From positions 14,384,001 through 14,448,000 of the forward strand of contig CM075986.1 in assembly GCA_038087875.1 (NCBI GenBank): a stretch of 64,000 nt of DNA. Reading direction: 5' to 3'. Below the pieces are notes generated by a model. The model was not told the DNA's origin. It was given only the letters and a program-made list of their open reading frames with translations, and did not search any database. This document shows positions 63,035 through 64,000 of the stretch, piece after piece (positions within the stretch are counted from its first letter, which is position 1; the number at the start of each line of letters is the position of its first letter). A program made the translations under genes and the position numbers. The DNA comes from Malacoraja senta. Lineage: Eukaryota.

Positions 63035-64000
63035 GTAAGGTCTAATATCCTCAGTACTCCTTAATCCCGCACGAGTCATGTTCATTTAGCATTTAGATAT
63101 GAATCAACTTCTAACTTGGAGATAATTTGTTAATCTAGCTCCTTTACAGTGCCACAGTTTCTGGATCTTGTAGGCATATAGCCTCCCTGTCCCTGGATGA
63201 TAATAGGACATCCCCAACATTCCCCCTTCTCCTCTTGCATTTGGCAGAAGATTTTTAAAAAGTGCGAAAGCATATACCATTAAATTCAGGAATAGATTCT
63301 TCCCTGCTGTTATCAAACTATTGAATGGTCCTCCTCTAAACTAGGGTGAGGTCTTGATCTCTCAACCTACCTGAGTTTTTGAAAATCTGAATTTTCTTTC
63401 AAACTTAAAGTCATAAGGCTGTAACATTATATTCATCACTCTGGTATATTTCTCCTTACATTACCAGTTGTACTTGTGTGTGACTTGATCGTATTCCTGC
63501 ATTGTATGATTTGATTGGATAGCACACAAAGTTTTTCACTTACATATGACACAACAATAATAAACCAATACCAAAAATGGCACAATGGCACAGCCTCTTA
63601 TAGTTTTATATATTTCTCTCAGGACTCCCTTCAACTTCCAACGCTCCAGAAATAAAACAATTCAAATTTGACCTTGTATCTCCTTATAACTGCCACCATC
63701 TAATCATCTCCTAAACATCACGTTCTGCCACCATCTAATCCGGGCAGCATTCTGTTAAGTCTCTTCTGCACCCTCTCCAAAGCCTACAAATCCTTCCCGT
63801 AATGGGACAACCAGAACTGCACCAATAGAGCCAAATGCAGCCAAACCAAAATCCTGGTTTGAATGCAAAAATTGGTTATACTGGTGATCCATTTGTGTTT
63901 CAATAAGCAGGTCATTCAAAAATTAACTGTATGCAGATGAAATGTCAGGACACCTTATTTTTGAATTAATTACTTCTATTAAACAATTTGCATCGTCCTT

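Overview
Vertebrate genomic DNA from a cartilaginous fish. The HE1-type SINEs, CR1/HER1 tails, Deu-type SINEs and Penelope-like termini point to an elasmobranch, probably a skate or ray (inference). The + strand carries the last 12 coding exons of TLK2 (56-21178; all GT-AG and phase-consistent), followed by a probable ~5.9 kb 3'UTR. Next come a CpG-rich promoter and the first two exons of MRC2/Endo180 (31510-31584 and 62663-63034), the same TLK2-MRC2 order as in human. As assembled, MRC2 exon 1 is frameshifted by one base, most simply placed in a C homopolymer. Introns are TE-rich. Highlights: (1) a full-length, ORF-intact DD34E IR/DR Tc1 transposon resembling Passport in a TLK2 intron. (2) A large family of short, often palindromic, TSD-flanked Penelope-like (PLE) terminal insertions carrying minimal hammerhead-ribozyme cores; some have captured PLE RT/endonuclease or L2 sequence at the inversion point. 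(3) Two local templated duplications. Apart from the transposase and ORFs overlapping exons or decayed retroelements, the ORF-track entries appear spurious. All family assignments come from recognition and memory, not from database searches.
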